Origin: Actinomycetota bacterium
GTDB lineage: Bacteria > Actinomycetota > Acidimicrobiia > Acidimicrobiales > MedAcidi-G1
Direction: 5' to 3'
Assembly: GCA_036123585.1 (NCBI GenBank)
Contig: JAZADN010000047.1
Location: 17,375 to 81,374, forward strand
DNA length: 64,000 nucleotides
A model generated the notes under the pieces. The model was given only the letters and a program-made list of their open reading frames with translations, searched no databases and was not told the origin of the DNA. The position numbers and the translations under genes are program-made. Below, one piece after another: positions 18,409-29,322 of this stretch. Each line of letters starts with the position of its first letter. Positions within the stretch are counted from its first letter, which is position 1.

Positions 18409-19497
18409 ATGACCACGCCGCGCACGGCCACCCTCCGCAGGACCTTCCATCGGGTCGTCCCGACGTTCCTGCTGGTTGTGCTGGGGCCCGCGGCCTGCGG
18501 ATCGTTGGGGGGCGACGCTGTCCCGGGGCCGGCCGTCGAGGTCCCGACCACCATGGCGCTCGTGGTCTCGACCACCACGGTCACCGTTGATGAGGCTCGG
18601 AGTGGCTTCGTGGCCGACGTGGCCGCCGCCACCCCGATCCTCGACGGCCTCACCGACGCTGACTTGGGATGCGTAGCCGACCGGGTGCTGGTCGACCTAG
18701 AGCCGGCCGAGGTGGTGGCTTTGACCCAGAACGGGCCCCGACCCGATCAGGCTGTCCTGGCCGTCGGTGCTCTCCAGGACTGCAACCTGGTGGTCCGCCT
18801 GGTGGCCCTAGGCATGGCGCAGACCATTGCCGAGGATCCCGACGCACAGCCCATGGACGTCGACTGCCTGCTCGAGGGGGTCGATGACGACGACCTCGTC
18901 CCGGTGCTCGAAGCCCGCTTCGCTTCGGGGTCGCTGGTCCTGGACGACCCCAAGGTCGACGACCTACTGGCCGACACCCCGATGATGGCCAACGCGGTGC
19001 GCTGCATGACCTACGCCATGCTGGACGCTGGCGTCGGTACCCCGGCGGTGTGCGCCGGCCTGGCCGACCGCCTCGGCGACATGATGGCCATCCTGCTGGC
19101 CATGGAACCCGGGCCCGGCGAGGAACCGGATCCGTTCGACCTGGTCGCCGTATTCCGGGTGACCGATGAGGTGTTCGACTGGCTGGCCGACGAGGTCCCC
19201 AGCGACCTGCTTGCCGATGCGGCGCTGGTGCGCGACACCAACCGTCGGATTGGGGACCTGATGGCCGAGGCCTTCCAGTACCTCAGGGGCGAGGACGCCG
19301 GGTCCCATCAGGAGGACCACGACGCACGGACGACGGCCTTCCTCGGGGCCATGGCCCGGATCGAGGCCGAGCTCTCGGAGAACCGGGTGGAAGTAAACGC
19401 GGCCAGCGCCCGCCTGCGTGGATGGACGGTGTCGACCTGCGGCGAGAAGTCGTCGATGCTCTTCGACCTGTTGGCCGGCGCGGGGGTTTCCGCCTGA
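18409..19497 (+). CDS. hypothetical lipoprotein
   Basis: Signal peptide with lipobox (VVLGPAACGS). Acidic mature part with no recognised domain. Confidence 0.6.
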   Translation: MTTPRTATLRRTFHRVVPTFLLVVLGPAACGSLGGDAVPGPAVEVPTTMALVVSTTTVTVDEARSGFVADVAAATPILDGLTDADLGCVADRVLVDLEPAEVVALTQNGPRPDQAVLAVGALQDCNLVVRLVALGMAQTIAEDPDAQPMDVDCLLEGVDDDDLVPVLEARFASGSLVLDDPKVDDLLADTPMMANAVRCMTYAMLDAGVGTPAVCAGLADRLGDMMAILLAMEPGPGEEPDPFDLVAVFRVTDEVFDWLADEVPSDLLADAALVRDTNRRIGDLMAEAFQYLRGEDAGSHQEDHDARTTAFLGAMARIEAELSENRVEVNAASARLRGWTVSTCGEKSSMLFDLLAGAGVSA

Positions 19498-20219
19498 TGG
19501 CTGCGGGCCGTCGAGCCGTCAGCGGCTTGTCAGCCGGCTTGATCGTCATGGCGACGGTCGGCGCGGCCTGTGGTGGCGCCGACGGGGACTTGGCCGTCCC
19601 GGCGTCGAACATCTCTGCCGCCGGAAAGGTCGCCACGTCCGTGGTCTCACCGTCGACGACGATGCCGCCCTCCACGACGGTGGTCGCGTCGGCGGAGTCG
19701 GCTGCTTCGAACGACGAACCGGTGGGGTCGACCAGTACGTCTCTGCCACCGTCTACCACGTTGGCGGGCGGGCCCATCCCCGAGGCACCCGACTGGTTCT
19801 GCGCGGAGCTGGCCGTCGAGTCGGGTGAGCTGGTCCTCGAAGTGGAGGCGGTGCTGCCGGTCGACGGCACCATCGACCCTCGGAGCCAGCACGCCCTCCT
19901 GCTGGCAACCCGGAACCTGCTGGCCTGGACCAATAATCGGGTACCCGACGAACTGCGTCCCGACGTGGGCCTGCTCAACCGTGTCTATGCCGACCTGGGT
20001 ATTGAACTGGATCGCTTGGATCCGGGTACGGTGACCATGCCGCGCCTTCAGGCCCTGGTTTTCGCCTACGTACTCGAATCGCCGGTCGTCGCCGCCGACG
20101 AGTTGGACCTGTCAGCCCGGCGGCTGGCGGCCTACGTGGACCGGTCGTGTGGTCACGGCTATCCGATCATGGAGGCCATGGGCGATCTGTTCGCCCCCAC
20201 CGGGGTCGAGAGCGACTGA
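19497..20219 (+). CDS. hypothetical lipoprotein
   Basis: The ATG at 19497 overlaps the upstream TGA (TGATG). Signal peptide with lipobox (MATVGAACGG). Confidence 0.55.
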   Translation: MAAGRRAVSGLSAGLIVMATVGAACGGADGDLAVPASNISAAGKVATSVVSPSTTMPPSTTVVASAESAASNDEPVGSTSTSLPPSTTLAGGPIPEAPDWFCAELAVESGELVLEVEAVLPVDGTIDPRSQHALLLATRNLLAWTNNRVPDELRPDVGLLNRVYADLGIELDRLDPGTVTMPRLQALVFAYVLESPVVAADELDLSARRLAAYVDRSCGHGYPIMEAMGDLFAPTGVESD

Positions 20220-21317
<1,098 letters not shown>

Positions 21318-21329
21318 TCCGCAGCGCCG

Positions 21330-21581
21330 CTACGGCGGGTCGGTGACGTAGCGAGACATCGCCTCGTCGAGGGTGAGATCCAGCTGGTTTGCGAGGCTGG
21401 CCAGCCACGCCAGCACGTCGCCCAGTTCGTGGAGCTGCTGTTCGGGAGTCCCCTTGCGGGTGGCCTGGGCCAGTTCGCCGAGCTCCTCGCAGAGCCAGGC
21501 CACGGTGGCCGGGATCCCGCGGGACCGGTCGGCCTCCCCGTACAGGTCCTCCATCAGCGACTGCACCTCGGCGAGTTCCAT
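21330..21581 (-). CDS. MazG-like nucleotide pyrophosphohydrolase domain protein
   Basis: LCEELGELAQA...ELGDVLAWLASLAN (EExxE / ExxD-type helices). The start is uncertain; the track ORF extends to 21740. Confidence 0.6.
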   Translation of the reverse strand: MELAEVQSLMEDLYGEADRSRGIPATVAWLCEELGELAQATRKGTPEQQLHELGDVLAWLASLANQLDLTLDEAMSRYVTDPP

Positions 21582-21716
21582 CGCGGCGACGGTATCGGTC
21601 GAACTGCAGGTCAGGGGGCATCCACCTGTCGCGCGTACGTTCGATCCACACTCAATGGCGTGTCCGGCGAGTCCCCGCACCAACCCCCGCGCGACCGCGC
21701 GGGCGACGACGACCTG

Positions 21717-22010
21717 ATGACCGACGAGCAGGCCACCCATGTCCTGCGCGCTCTGGACGCCCTCGACGAGCTGGAGGCCGCCGCGCTCAAGCTGGTTCGG
21801 GCCGAACTGTCCTGCGGGCCGGTGCTGGACGGTCTGATTGCCGATCCGCTCACCGAGGGCACTCGCCTCGATCTGCTGTGCCTGACCGACACGGTGGCTG
21901 TCGACCTGCTTGACGTCCTAGGGCGATATGACGCGGTCAGACGGCTGGTCGAGGACGCCCCGCCGGGCAGTGCCCGGGACGCGCTGGCTGAACATCTGAC
22001 CCGTCGCTGA
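21717..22010 (+). CDS. hypothetical protein
   Basis: 97 codons from ATG 21717 with a coding-like composition. No recognised motif. Confidence 0.4.
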   Translation: MTDEQATHVLRALDALDELEAAALKLVRAELSCGPVLDGLIADPLTEGTRLDLLCLTDTVAVDLLDVLGRYDAVRRLVEDAPPGSARDALAEHLTRR

Positions 22011-22039
22011 ACTGCGTCCCCACCGAGGGGCATAGCGGT

Positions 22040-22573
22040 TCAGCCGTCCGGTGGCGGGATGGGCCGAGCGAGGTCCTCGACCGTCTCAGCGCCCGGCAGG
22101 GCTAGAAGCCCCTCCGGGGGCAACAGGAGTTTTCGGTTCCGAGAGCCGCCGCCGACCACGACGCGTTCGCGGGCCATCACCGCGCCGTCGATCCAGATTG
22201 GGACGTCGGATCCGGCGGGGAGGCCAAACGGGGTGATGCCGCCGATCTGCATGCCGGTCAGCTCAGCGGTCTCCTCCGCACCGGCGAACGACGCCTTGCG
22301 GCTACCGAGGCGCTTTCGGACCGCTCCGTTGACGTCAAGTCGGTGGGTGGCCAGCACCAGGCACAGGGCGAACGGCCGGGGCTCGCCGTCGCGGGCCTTT
22401 CCGGCCACGAGGATGGCGTTGGCCGAGTCGGCGGGGTCGATTCCATAGGCGGCGCAGAAATCAGCGGTGTCGGCCAGCGCCGGATCACACGGCATCACCT
22501 CGTGTTCGATGCTTAGGGCGGTCAGCTGCTCGAGGACTGGATCCAGTGGGGGATCGTAGGGGGCGTCGGTCAT
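22040..22573 (-). CDS. YbaK/EbsC-type aminoacyl-tRNA deacylase domain protein
   Basis: ...ILVAGKA...LCLVLATHRLDVNG...GMQIGGITPFGLP... Confidence 0.7.
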   Translation of the reverse strand: MTDAPYDPPLDPVLEQLTALSIEHEVMPCDPALADTADFCAAYGIDPADSANAILVAGKARDGEPRPFALCLVLATHRLDVNGAVRKRLGSRKASFAGAEETAELTGMQIGGITPFGLPAGSDVPIWIDGAVMARERVVVGGGSRNRKLLLPPEGLLALPGAETVEDLARPIPPPDG

Positions 22574-22586
22574 GGCTACCTCCTGG

Positions 22587-23504
22587 TCACGTCTGCCGGG
22601 GGGGCTGAGGATGGACCTCGCGGGCTGGGCCCGTCAGGCCGTAGAAGACGGCCGCCACCACGATGGCGCCGCCGATGAATGTCGCGGTAGCCGGGACCTC
22701 TTCGAACCACAGCCACACCCATAGTGAAGCGGCCACCGTCTCGACCGGGGTGAACAGGCTCACCTCAGCCGGCGGGGCATGCCGGGTGGCAGTCGACATG
22801 CAGAGGCGTGCCACCGGCCCGAAAAAGCCGCCCATGGCCAGCGTGGCCACTAGCGCCCGCCTGTCCAGGAGCGTCGTGTCGGCGAAGGCCAGCGTGACCA
22901 GCACGACGAATGTGGAGGTCGCGGCCACCACGAGAGTGCGGGGTAGATCCGGGTGACGGCGCCAGATGATCAGATTGACGCAGAAGACCATGATGGCCAA
23001 CAAGGCCACGAGGTCGCCGGCGATCCCGCCTCCGGCCAGCGAACCGCTGACGATGACGACGATGCCTCCCAGCACAAGGCCGATTGCCCGCCAGGTCCGT
23101 GCCGAAGTTCGCTCGCGCAGGGCGAAACGCGCTAGCGCGGCGGCGAAGATCGGGCCCGAGGCGATGATGGCCACCACGTTGGACGCCGCGGTCAAAGTCA
23201 CGGCGGTGAGGAAGGACGTGGTGCCGATCCCGCCGAGCAAGCCGGTCAGCAAGAGGGTCCGTCGCCAGCGGATCACCTCTGCGACTGTGCTCCGGCCGAG
23301 TGATCGCAGTGCGAGGCCCCACGAGATCGGCATCGAGAACAGGCCGGCCATGAAGGCGATGGTCCAGCCATCCACCTCGGAGTGTTCCTCGGCAACGCGG
23401 ACGAACAGCGCGTCGGTGGACACCAGAAACATTCCGGTGAAGGCCAGCAGGAGTCCCAGGGGCCGACCGTCGCGGGGAATCCGGAGGCGGACGGCGGCGA
23501 CCAT
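22587..23504 (-). CDS. DMT-superfamily (EamA-like) transporter
   Basis: About ten hydrophobic segments arranged as two EamA-like halves. Confidence 0.7.
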   Translation of the reverse strand: MVAAVRLRIPRDGRPLGLLLAFTGMFLVSTDALFVRVAEEHSEVDGWTIAFMAGLFSMPISWGLALRSLGRSTVAEVIRWRRTLLLTGLLGGIGTTSFLTAVTLTAASNVVAIIASGPIFAAALARFALRERTSARTWRAIGLVLGGIVVIVSGSLAGGGIAGDLVALLAIMVFCVNLIIWRRHPDLPRTLVVAATSTFVVLVTLAFADTTLLDRRALVATLAMGGFFGPVARLCMSTATRHAPPAEVSLFTPVETVAASLWVWLWFEEVPATATFIGGAIVVAAVFYGLTGPAREVHPQPPRQT

Positions 23505-23564
23505 CGTCGGACGTTAGTGGTGGGGCCCGTCCCGGCCCTGTCCCGGCTGACAGGATCGGGGTCT

Positions 23565-25058
23565 ATGCGGCGTCCAAACCTCCTTCTCGTCACGTTGGAC
23601 CAATGGCGGGGAGACCATTTGTCGTCGGCCGGTCATCCGACGGTGTCGACGCCGAACCTTGACCGTCTCGCCTCTGAAGGGGTGCGTTTCACTCGCCACT
23701 TCGCCCAGGCTGCGCCGTGCGGTCCTAGCCGGGCCAGTCTGCTGACCGGCACCTACCAGCATGTCCACCGTTCCGTCGCCAACGGCACACCGCTCGACGC
23801 CCGGTTCACCAACGTGGCCCTCGAGGCCCGGGAGGCCGGATACGAACCGGTCCTATTCGGCCACACCGACACCACCGTCGACCCGCGCACGGTGTCCGTC
23901 GGCGACCCCCGACTCGAGGACTACGAGGGTTTCCTGCCCGGTTTCCGGGTCGGCCTGGAACTGCCGGAACACCGCGACGCCTGGTACCGATGGCTGGAGG
24001 CACGGGGCCACGACGTGTCGGACCGGGAACGGTTCCTCCGACCCCGGGATGACGTGCCGGTCCCTGATGGCCGTGGGCCGTCGTGGCCGCCATCGCCTTT
24101 CGGCAGCGAGGAGACCGAGACGGCGTTCGTGGTCGGCGAGGTGCTCGACGAGTTGACCCGCCTCGAGGCGGCAGGCGATCCGTGGTTCGTCCACGCATCG
24201 ATCTACCGGCCGCATCCACCCTGGGTGGTTCCCGCTCCCTACAACGACCTGGTTGACCCCGCCGACGTGCCGGCGCCGGTCGTCGACCATCCGGGCACCG
24301 ACCTGCCGTTCGTGGAGGCTGCCCGCGGCTTCGGTCCCTACCGGCCGCCGGACGACGACCTAGAGCTCCGACAGGTACGGGCCACGTACCACGGGATGAT
24401 GGCCGAGGTCGACGCTCAGGTGGGTCGCCTCCTGGCCGGACTCGACGACCTTGGGGCGGCTGACGACACGGTCGTGGTGGTTACTTCCGACCACGGCGAA
24501 ATGCTGGGTGACCACGGGCTCATGTCGAAGCTCGGCTTCTTCGACCAGGCCTTCCACATCCCCTTGATCGTGCGGTACCCGGCGCTTGCCGACGACGGGA
24601 CCCCGGGGCGGGTGGTGGACCAATTCACCGAGAACGTGGACATCATGCCGACCCTGCTGGACCTGGCCAGAGCCGAGGTCCCTCGGCAGTGCCAGGGGGC
24701 GTCGCTACGGCCCTTCCTCGACGGGTCCACGGCCAGTGGTGCCGCGCCGGACGGCTGGCGGACAGCGGTGCACTGGGAGTTTGATTTCCGGACTTGGTCC
24801 GGGGCAGTCGGCTTGCCCGGCCATCGGTGCAATCTCGCGGTCCACCGCGACGAGCACGGCAAGTACGTGCACTTCGCTGGCTGGCCGGCCGTGTTCTATG
24901 ACCTCAGGGACGATCCCGACGAGCGGCGGCCACTTGCCGGCCATTCGGAGATGGCGGGGTACGCAGCGGCGCTGCTCGACTGGCGGATGGCGACCGACGA
25001 ACAGGTGCTGTCGGACCACCTGGCCCTGCCCGGTGGGATGGTGGTGCTGGGTCCCTGA
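23565..25058 (+). CDS. Cys-type sulfatase (formylglycine-dependent)
   Basis: NLLLVTLDQWRGDH N-terminus and the sulfatase signature C-G-P-S-R (FAQAAPCGPSRASLLTG). Start taken at ATG 23565 (MRRPNLL). Confidence 0.85.
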   Translation: MRRPNLLLVTLDQWRGDHLSSAGHPTVSTPNLDRLASEGVRFTRHFAQAAPCGPSRASLLTGTYQHVHRSVANGTPLDARFTNVALEAREAGYEPVLFGHTDTTVDPRTVSVGDPRLEDYEGFLPGFRVGLELPEHRDAWYRWLEARGHDVSDRERFLRPRDDVPVPDGRGPSWPPSPFGSEETETAFVVGEVLDELTRLEAAGDPWFVHASIYRPHPPWVVPAPYNDLVDPADVPAPVVDHPGTDLPFVEAARGFGPYRPPDDDLELRQVRATYHGMMAEVDAQVGRLLAGLDDLGAADDTVVVVTSDHGEMLGDHGLMSKLGFFDQAFHIPLIVRYPALADDGTPGRVVDQFTENVDIMPTLLDLARAEVPRQCQGASLRPFLDGSTASGAAPDGWRTAVHWEFDFRTWSGAVGLPGHRCNLAVHRDEHGKYVHFAGWPAVFYDLRDDPDERRPLAGHSEMAGYAAALLDWRMATDEQVLSDHLALPGGMVVLGP

Positions 25059-25281
25059 ACGGTCCTTGGAACATGCGACCGGGATCACCTGTGACCAGAG
25101 TCGCCTTGGGTTTGCGTGCCCCAGCCTCCACACTCAGACCGTCGACCTAACCGGTGGGTGACCTTCTCCCTCCGACTCCCATCAGCACAGGTTGGACAGA
25201 CAGAAGCACCCACCGAACGGGTCTCGGCTAAGGCCGGATCAAGGCCCTCGGACCGCACCGAAGAGAAAGATTCCAGAAGAG

Positions 25282-25527
25282 ATGACGATGCGTACGAGGA
25301 ATCGTTCCCTCCACAACCTGAGGCACCCGCAGCAGGACATGTTCCTGGCACTCAACCAGGCTGCCGCATACGGCCACCTGGCAGGCTCCACCGAGCGGTC
25401 GATTCAGGTCGTGATGGACCTGGGTCGCCAGATCGTGGCCGACCGCACTAGGCCGGTCCCCCCGGTCCACCGGGTGGCTGACAACGACGCCACGTGCTCG
25501 GCCGAGGATCTCGACATCGCCGCTTGA
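25282..25527 (+). CDS. hypothetical small protein (81 aa)
   Basis: ORF with a high proportion of G/C-ending codons (judged by eye) inside an otherwise lower-GC intergenic stretch. Purine-rich region upstream. No recognised motif. Confidence 0.35.
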   Translation: MTMRTRNRSLHNLRHPQQDMFLALNQAAAYGHLAGSTERSIQVVMDLGRQIVADRTRPVPPVHRVADNDATCSAEDLDIAA

Positions 25528-25708
25528 AACGGAGGTCGGCGTTCACGGCGACAACAGCTGGCGATCGGAGTCGGGCAATGCGACTCGGCTCCGTCGCGTC
25601 AGGTCCCGGCCCTTGTGGCCGACCGCTCGGCTGGGGTAGACCACAGCCCGCCCGGACCAAACTGGACCCGCCCGGCTAGGCGGCCTGCTAGCGCGAAGGA
25701 GGGGTGAG

Positions 25709-26362
25709 ATGGGCGATGACTTCGACCTGGCGGACGCTTACGCAGTAAAGACGCCGGACGACAATCGCGACCTCTACGCCCGATGGGCCGCTACCTACGA
25801 GTCGGGCTTCATCACCGACAACGGCTACCGCTACCACCTCGGCGTGGCCGGGGCGTTTCTCGACGCCGTCACCCCTGACGACGGACCCGTCCTCGACGTG
25901 GGGTGCGGCACCGGTCTGGTCGGCGCGGCGCTTTGTGCCGACCCGCGGTTCCCCGATGCTCTCGATGGCCTCGACATCTCGCCCGAGATGCTTGACCGTG
26001 CACGTGACAAGGCGACCTTCGACGGGTCACCGGTCTACGCCGCACTCCACGTGGGCGACTTGACCTCCACGCTCTATCTGCCCGACGCCGCCTACGGCGG
26101 TATCACGAGTTGCGGCACCTTCACCCACGGCCACGTCGGACCGGGCGCCTTCGACGAGCTCTATCGGATCGCCCGGCCGGGGGCCCTGTTCGCCATCGGG
26201 ATCAACCCCGACCACTATGAGGCTCGGGGATTCGCCGACCGTTTCGCCTCCGACGTTTCGGCCGGAACGATCACTGAGCCGACCGTGCACCGGGTCCCCA
26301 CCTACGGGGCCGGCCCCAATCTTGACCTGCTGTCGCCGGTTGTGGTCTTTCGTCGCCGCTGA
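25709..26362 (+). CDS. class I SAM-dependent methyltransferase
   Basis: VLDVGCGTGLVG motif I. RBS GAAGGAGGGG. Confidence 0.85.
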   Translation: MGDDFDLADAYAVKTPDDNRDLYARWAATYESGFITDNGYRYHLGVAGAFLDAVTPDDGPVLDVGCGTGLVGAALCADPRFPDALDGLDISPEMLDRARDKATFDGSPVYAALHVGDLTSTLYLPDAAYGGITSCGTFTHGHVGPGAFDELYRIARPGALFAIGINPDHYEARGFADRFASDVSAGTITEPTVHRVPTYGAGPNLDLLSPVVVFRRR

Positions 26363-26473
26363 AGCCGGTCTTCGGAACCGCGCACCACCGTGACCATCTC
26401 GATCGCCACCCGTCTGCGCATCGGCGAAGTTCAGGTGGCTATCGACAGCCGATGGAGCCTGTAGGTCCGCGCC

Positions 26474-26650
26474 CACTTTGACACGGCGATCCACGAGTAC
26501 GAGATGGACGCCATCTTCTCCCAGCGCTGGTAGTACTTCGCCCCCGCCAGTCGCTGGTCGAGCCCGGCTCGGTGGTAATCGGGTGACCTCGGAGCCCTGT
26601 CCGTGGTCGTCAGGAACGGGAGGGCCAGGTGCTCTTCCTCAAGCGCCTGA
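26474..26650 (+). pseudogene. possible remnant of a Rieske-type oxygenase alpha-subunit N-terminus
   Basis: HFDTAIHEYEMDAIFSQRW-stop, followed in shifted frames by ...LVEPGSVVIG... and ...LSVVVRNG... This matches the pattern E-x-E-x3-IF-x3-W...PGxYVT...VVxR of ring-hydroxylating oxygenases. It is interrupted by stops and frameshifts and truncated by the metB 3' end. Confidence 0.3.
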
Positions 26651-26703
26651 TCTGGAAGGCGTACCGCGAGGCGCTGGGCGTCTGGGGCCCGGCTGCCCGG
26701 CCG

Positions 26704-27900
26704 TCAGGCAGTGGCCAGCGCCCGGTCTAGGTCGGCCAGCAGGTCGCCGACCGATTCGATGCCCACCGAGATGCGAATTAGGTCATCGGGTACCTCGAGG
26801 GCCGAGCCGGCCGCCGAGGCGTGGGTCATGACCCCCGGATGCTCGATGAGCGACTCCACGGCGCCTAGGGACTCGGCCAGGGTGAACACCGCGGTGCTGA
26901 CAGCGACCTTCTCGGCCGCTTCGCGTCCGCCTGCCAGCCGGAACGACACCATGCCGCCGAAGCCGGACATCTGCCGAGCTGCCACCTCGTGGCCGGGATG
27001 ACCCTCTAGGCCCGGGTACAGGACTGTGGAGACCCGTGGGTGATCGAGGAGTTGTGCCACGACGGCCTCGGCGTTGGAGCAGTGCCGGTCCATGCGGACG
27101 GCCAACGTCTTGAGGCCACGCAACAGCAGGTAGCAGTCGAACGGGCTTGGCACCGCGCCCACCGCGTTCTGGACGAACTGGAGGTGCTCGGCCAGCGATT
27201 CGTCGGAGGTGGCCACGAACCCTCCGACCACGTCGCTGTGCCCGCCCAGGTACTTGGTGGCCGAGTGGACCACCGCGTCGGCTCCCAGCGAGAGGGGCTG
27301 CTGCAGGTAAGGGGTGGCGAAGGTGTTGTCGACGACGACGAGCCCGCCCATTTCGTGGGCTACAGCGGCGACCCGTTCGATGTCGATGACAGTCAGCAGT
27401 GGGTTGGTGGGGGTCTCGAGCCAGACCATCCGGGTTTCGGGCGTCCAGATGGCACGGACGGCGTCGGGGTCTGTCAGGTCGACGGCAGCGTGGTCGACGC
27501 CGATCCCACCGTGGACTCTCGAGATGAGGCGGTAGGTGCCGCCGTAGGCGTCGTCGCCGAGGATGATGCGCTCGCCGGGCTCAACCATGCGAAGCAGGGC
27601 GTCCTCGGCGGCCAGACCGCTGGCGAAGGCGAAGCCGTGGGCCGCCCCTTCCAGGCTCGCCATGCACTCCTGATAGGCGTGGCGGGTCGGGTTGCCCGTC
27701 CGGGCGTACTCGTATCCGAGTTTCGGCTCGCCGACCGCTTCCTGGGCGAAGGTGGTGGACAGGTTGATTGGGGTGATCACGCCCCCGGTCCGTGGATCAT
27801 GGGGCTGGCCGGCCCGGATGGCCCGGGTTTCGAACCCGTAGTCGTCCGGGTCCTCGAAGCCCGATTGGGGTGGGTCGCCTCCTATGGCGTGTCCAGCCAC
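26704..27900 (-). CDS. metB: cystathionine gamma-synthase/gamma-lyase (Cys/Met-metabolism PLP enzyme)
   Basis: HSATKYLGGHSDVVGG PLP-lysine motif. The GTG at 27900 lies one nucleotide after the cbs stop codon. Confidence 0.85.
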   Translation of the reverse strand: MAGHAIGGDPPQSGFEDPDDYGFETRAIRAGQPHDPRTGGVITPINLSTTFAQEAVGEPKLGYEYARTGNPTRHAYQECMASLEGAAHGFAFASGLAAEDALLRMVEPGERIILGDDAYGGTYRLISRVHGGIGVDHAAVDLTDPDAVRAIWTPETRMVWLETPTNPLLTVIDIERVAAVAHEMGGLVVVDNTFATPYLQQPLSLGADAVVHSATKYLGGHSDVVGGFVATSDESLAEHLQFVQNAVGAVPSPFDCYLLLRGLKTLAVRMDRHCSNAEAVVAQLLDHPRVSTVLYPGLEGHPGHEVAARQMSGFGGMVSFRLAGGREAAEKVAVSTAVFTLAESLGAVESLIEHPGVMTHASAAGSALEVPDDLIRISVGIESVGDLLADLDRALATA

Positions 27901-27901
27901 C

Positions 27902-29293
27902 TCAGACCCCGCCGTCGGCGTCAGGAGACAGGAAGCCCAGCAGGTCGGTCCTTGACACGATGGTCCGGGGCCGCCCACCGTCCAGCACCAAGAGGGCCGG
28001 GGCGTGTTCCAGGAGGGCCACTGCCCGGTCGATTGGCTCGCCGGCGCCGATGGTGGGGAGGGGATCTTGGACCACCTCCTCGATGGGGCGGTCCAAGACC
28101 TCGTCAGAGCGGTGGGTTTGGCTCATGAGCCACAGTTCGGAGACCGAGCCCATCACTTCGGCGGCCGACAGCGGCATCTCGCCCTTGGCCACCGCGATCT
28201 GTGACACCCCGTACTTGCGCATCAGGAGTGCCGCGTCGCGCACGGTGTCGTTGGGACCGACGTAGATCAGTTCCGGGAGGTCGTCGTCCTGAGCGTTCAG
28301 CAGGTCGGCGATAACCGGGCCGTCGGCTCTCGAAAAGCCCATGGTGGCCATCCAACTTTCGTCGAAGACCTTGGTGAGGTAGCCCCTGCCGGAGTCGGGG
28401 ACCACCACGACAACCAGGTTGTCGGGGGCTAGGCCCTCGGCCACTTGGAGCGCTGCGGCGATCGCGGTCCCACCGGAACCGCCGATCAGTAGGCCCTCCT
28501 CGCGGGTCACCTGGTGGGCCATCGCGAACGAGTCGGCGTCGCTCACTGCGACGGTTTTGTCGATGACGTCAGGGTGGTACGTGTCGGGCCAGAAGTCCTC
28601 GCCGACCCCCTCCACTAGATAGGGGCGTCCCGAGCCGCCGGAGTAGACGGACCCCTCAGGATCGGCGACCACGATGGTCACGTCGGGATCCTGTTCCTTG
28701 AGGTAGCGGCCCACGCCGCTGATCGTTCCACCGGTGCCGGCGCCAGCCACGAAATGGGTGATCCGTCCCTTCGTCTGCTCCCAGATCTCCGGTCCCGTGG
28801 TTTCATAGTGAGCCTGCGGGTTGGCGGGGTTGTGGTACTGGTTCGGCCGGAAGGCGCCGGGCGTCTCGTTCATGAGGCGCTCGGCGGTCGAGTAGTAGGA
28901 CTGCGGGTCGTCTGGTGGCACGGCAACCGGACAGACCACGACCTCCGAGCCGTAGGCCCGCAGCAGTGAGATCTTCTCCTCGCTGACCTTGTCGGTCATG
29001 ACGAAGACGCAGCGGTAGCCGCGTTGGGCAGCGACGATGGCCAGGCCCACGCCGGTGTTGCCTGAAGTGGGCTCCACGATGGTGCCGCCGGGCTTCAGCA
29101 GGCCCTCGCGCTCGGCGGCATCGATCATGGCGATGGCCGCCCGGTCCTTGATGCTCCCTCCGGGGTTGGTGGTCTCGAGTTTGACGAGTACCGGGCACGG
29201 CAGGTCGGCCCCGAGGCGCGAAAGGCGGACGAGTGGGGTGCCCCCGACGAGGCCGAGGACGTCGTCGGCTACATCTAGGTCGGAGAGGTCCAC
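27902..29293 (-). CDS. cbs: cystathionine beta-synthase (PLP domain plus tandem CBS domains)
   Basis: NPGGSIKDRAA PLP motif, GTGGTISG, and C-terminal CBS pair. Confidence 0.9.
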   Translation of the reverse strand: MDLSDLDVADDVLGLVGGTPLVRLSRLGADLPCPVLVKLETTNPGGSIKDRAAIAMIDAAEREGLLKPGGTIVEPTSGNTGVGLAIVAAQRGYRCVFVMTDKVSEEKISLLRAYGSEVVVCPVAVPPDDPQSYYSTAERLMNETPGAFRPNQYHNPANPQAHYETTGPEIWEQTKGRITHFVAGAGTGGTISGVGRYLKEQDPDVTIVVADPEGSVYSGGSGRPYLVEGVGEDFWPDTYHPDVIDKTVAVSDADSFAMAHQVTREEGLLIGGSGGTAIAAALQVAEGLAPDNLVVVVVPDSGRGYLTKVFDESWMATMGFSRADGPVIADLLNAQDDDLPELIYVGPNDTVRDAALLMRKYGVSQIAVAKGEMPLSAAEVMGSVSELWLMSQTHRSDEVLDRPIEEVVQDPLPTIGAGEPIDRAVALLEHAPALLVLDGGRPRTIVSRTDLLGFLSPDADGGV

Positions 29294-29322
29294 AATTCGG
29301 TCCGTTCCCCGGAGGGCGTGGT

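Noticed and set aside
26478-26831. 117-aa plus-strand ORF
   Set aside because: It has a Pro/Arg/Gly-rich wrong-frame composition and overlaps the 3' end of metB on the opposite strand.
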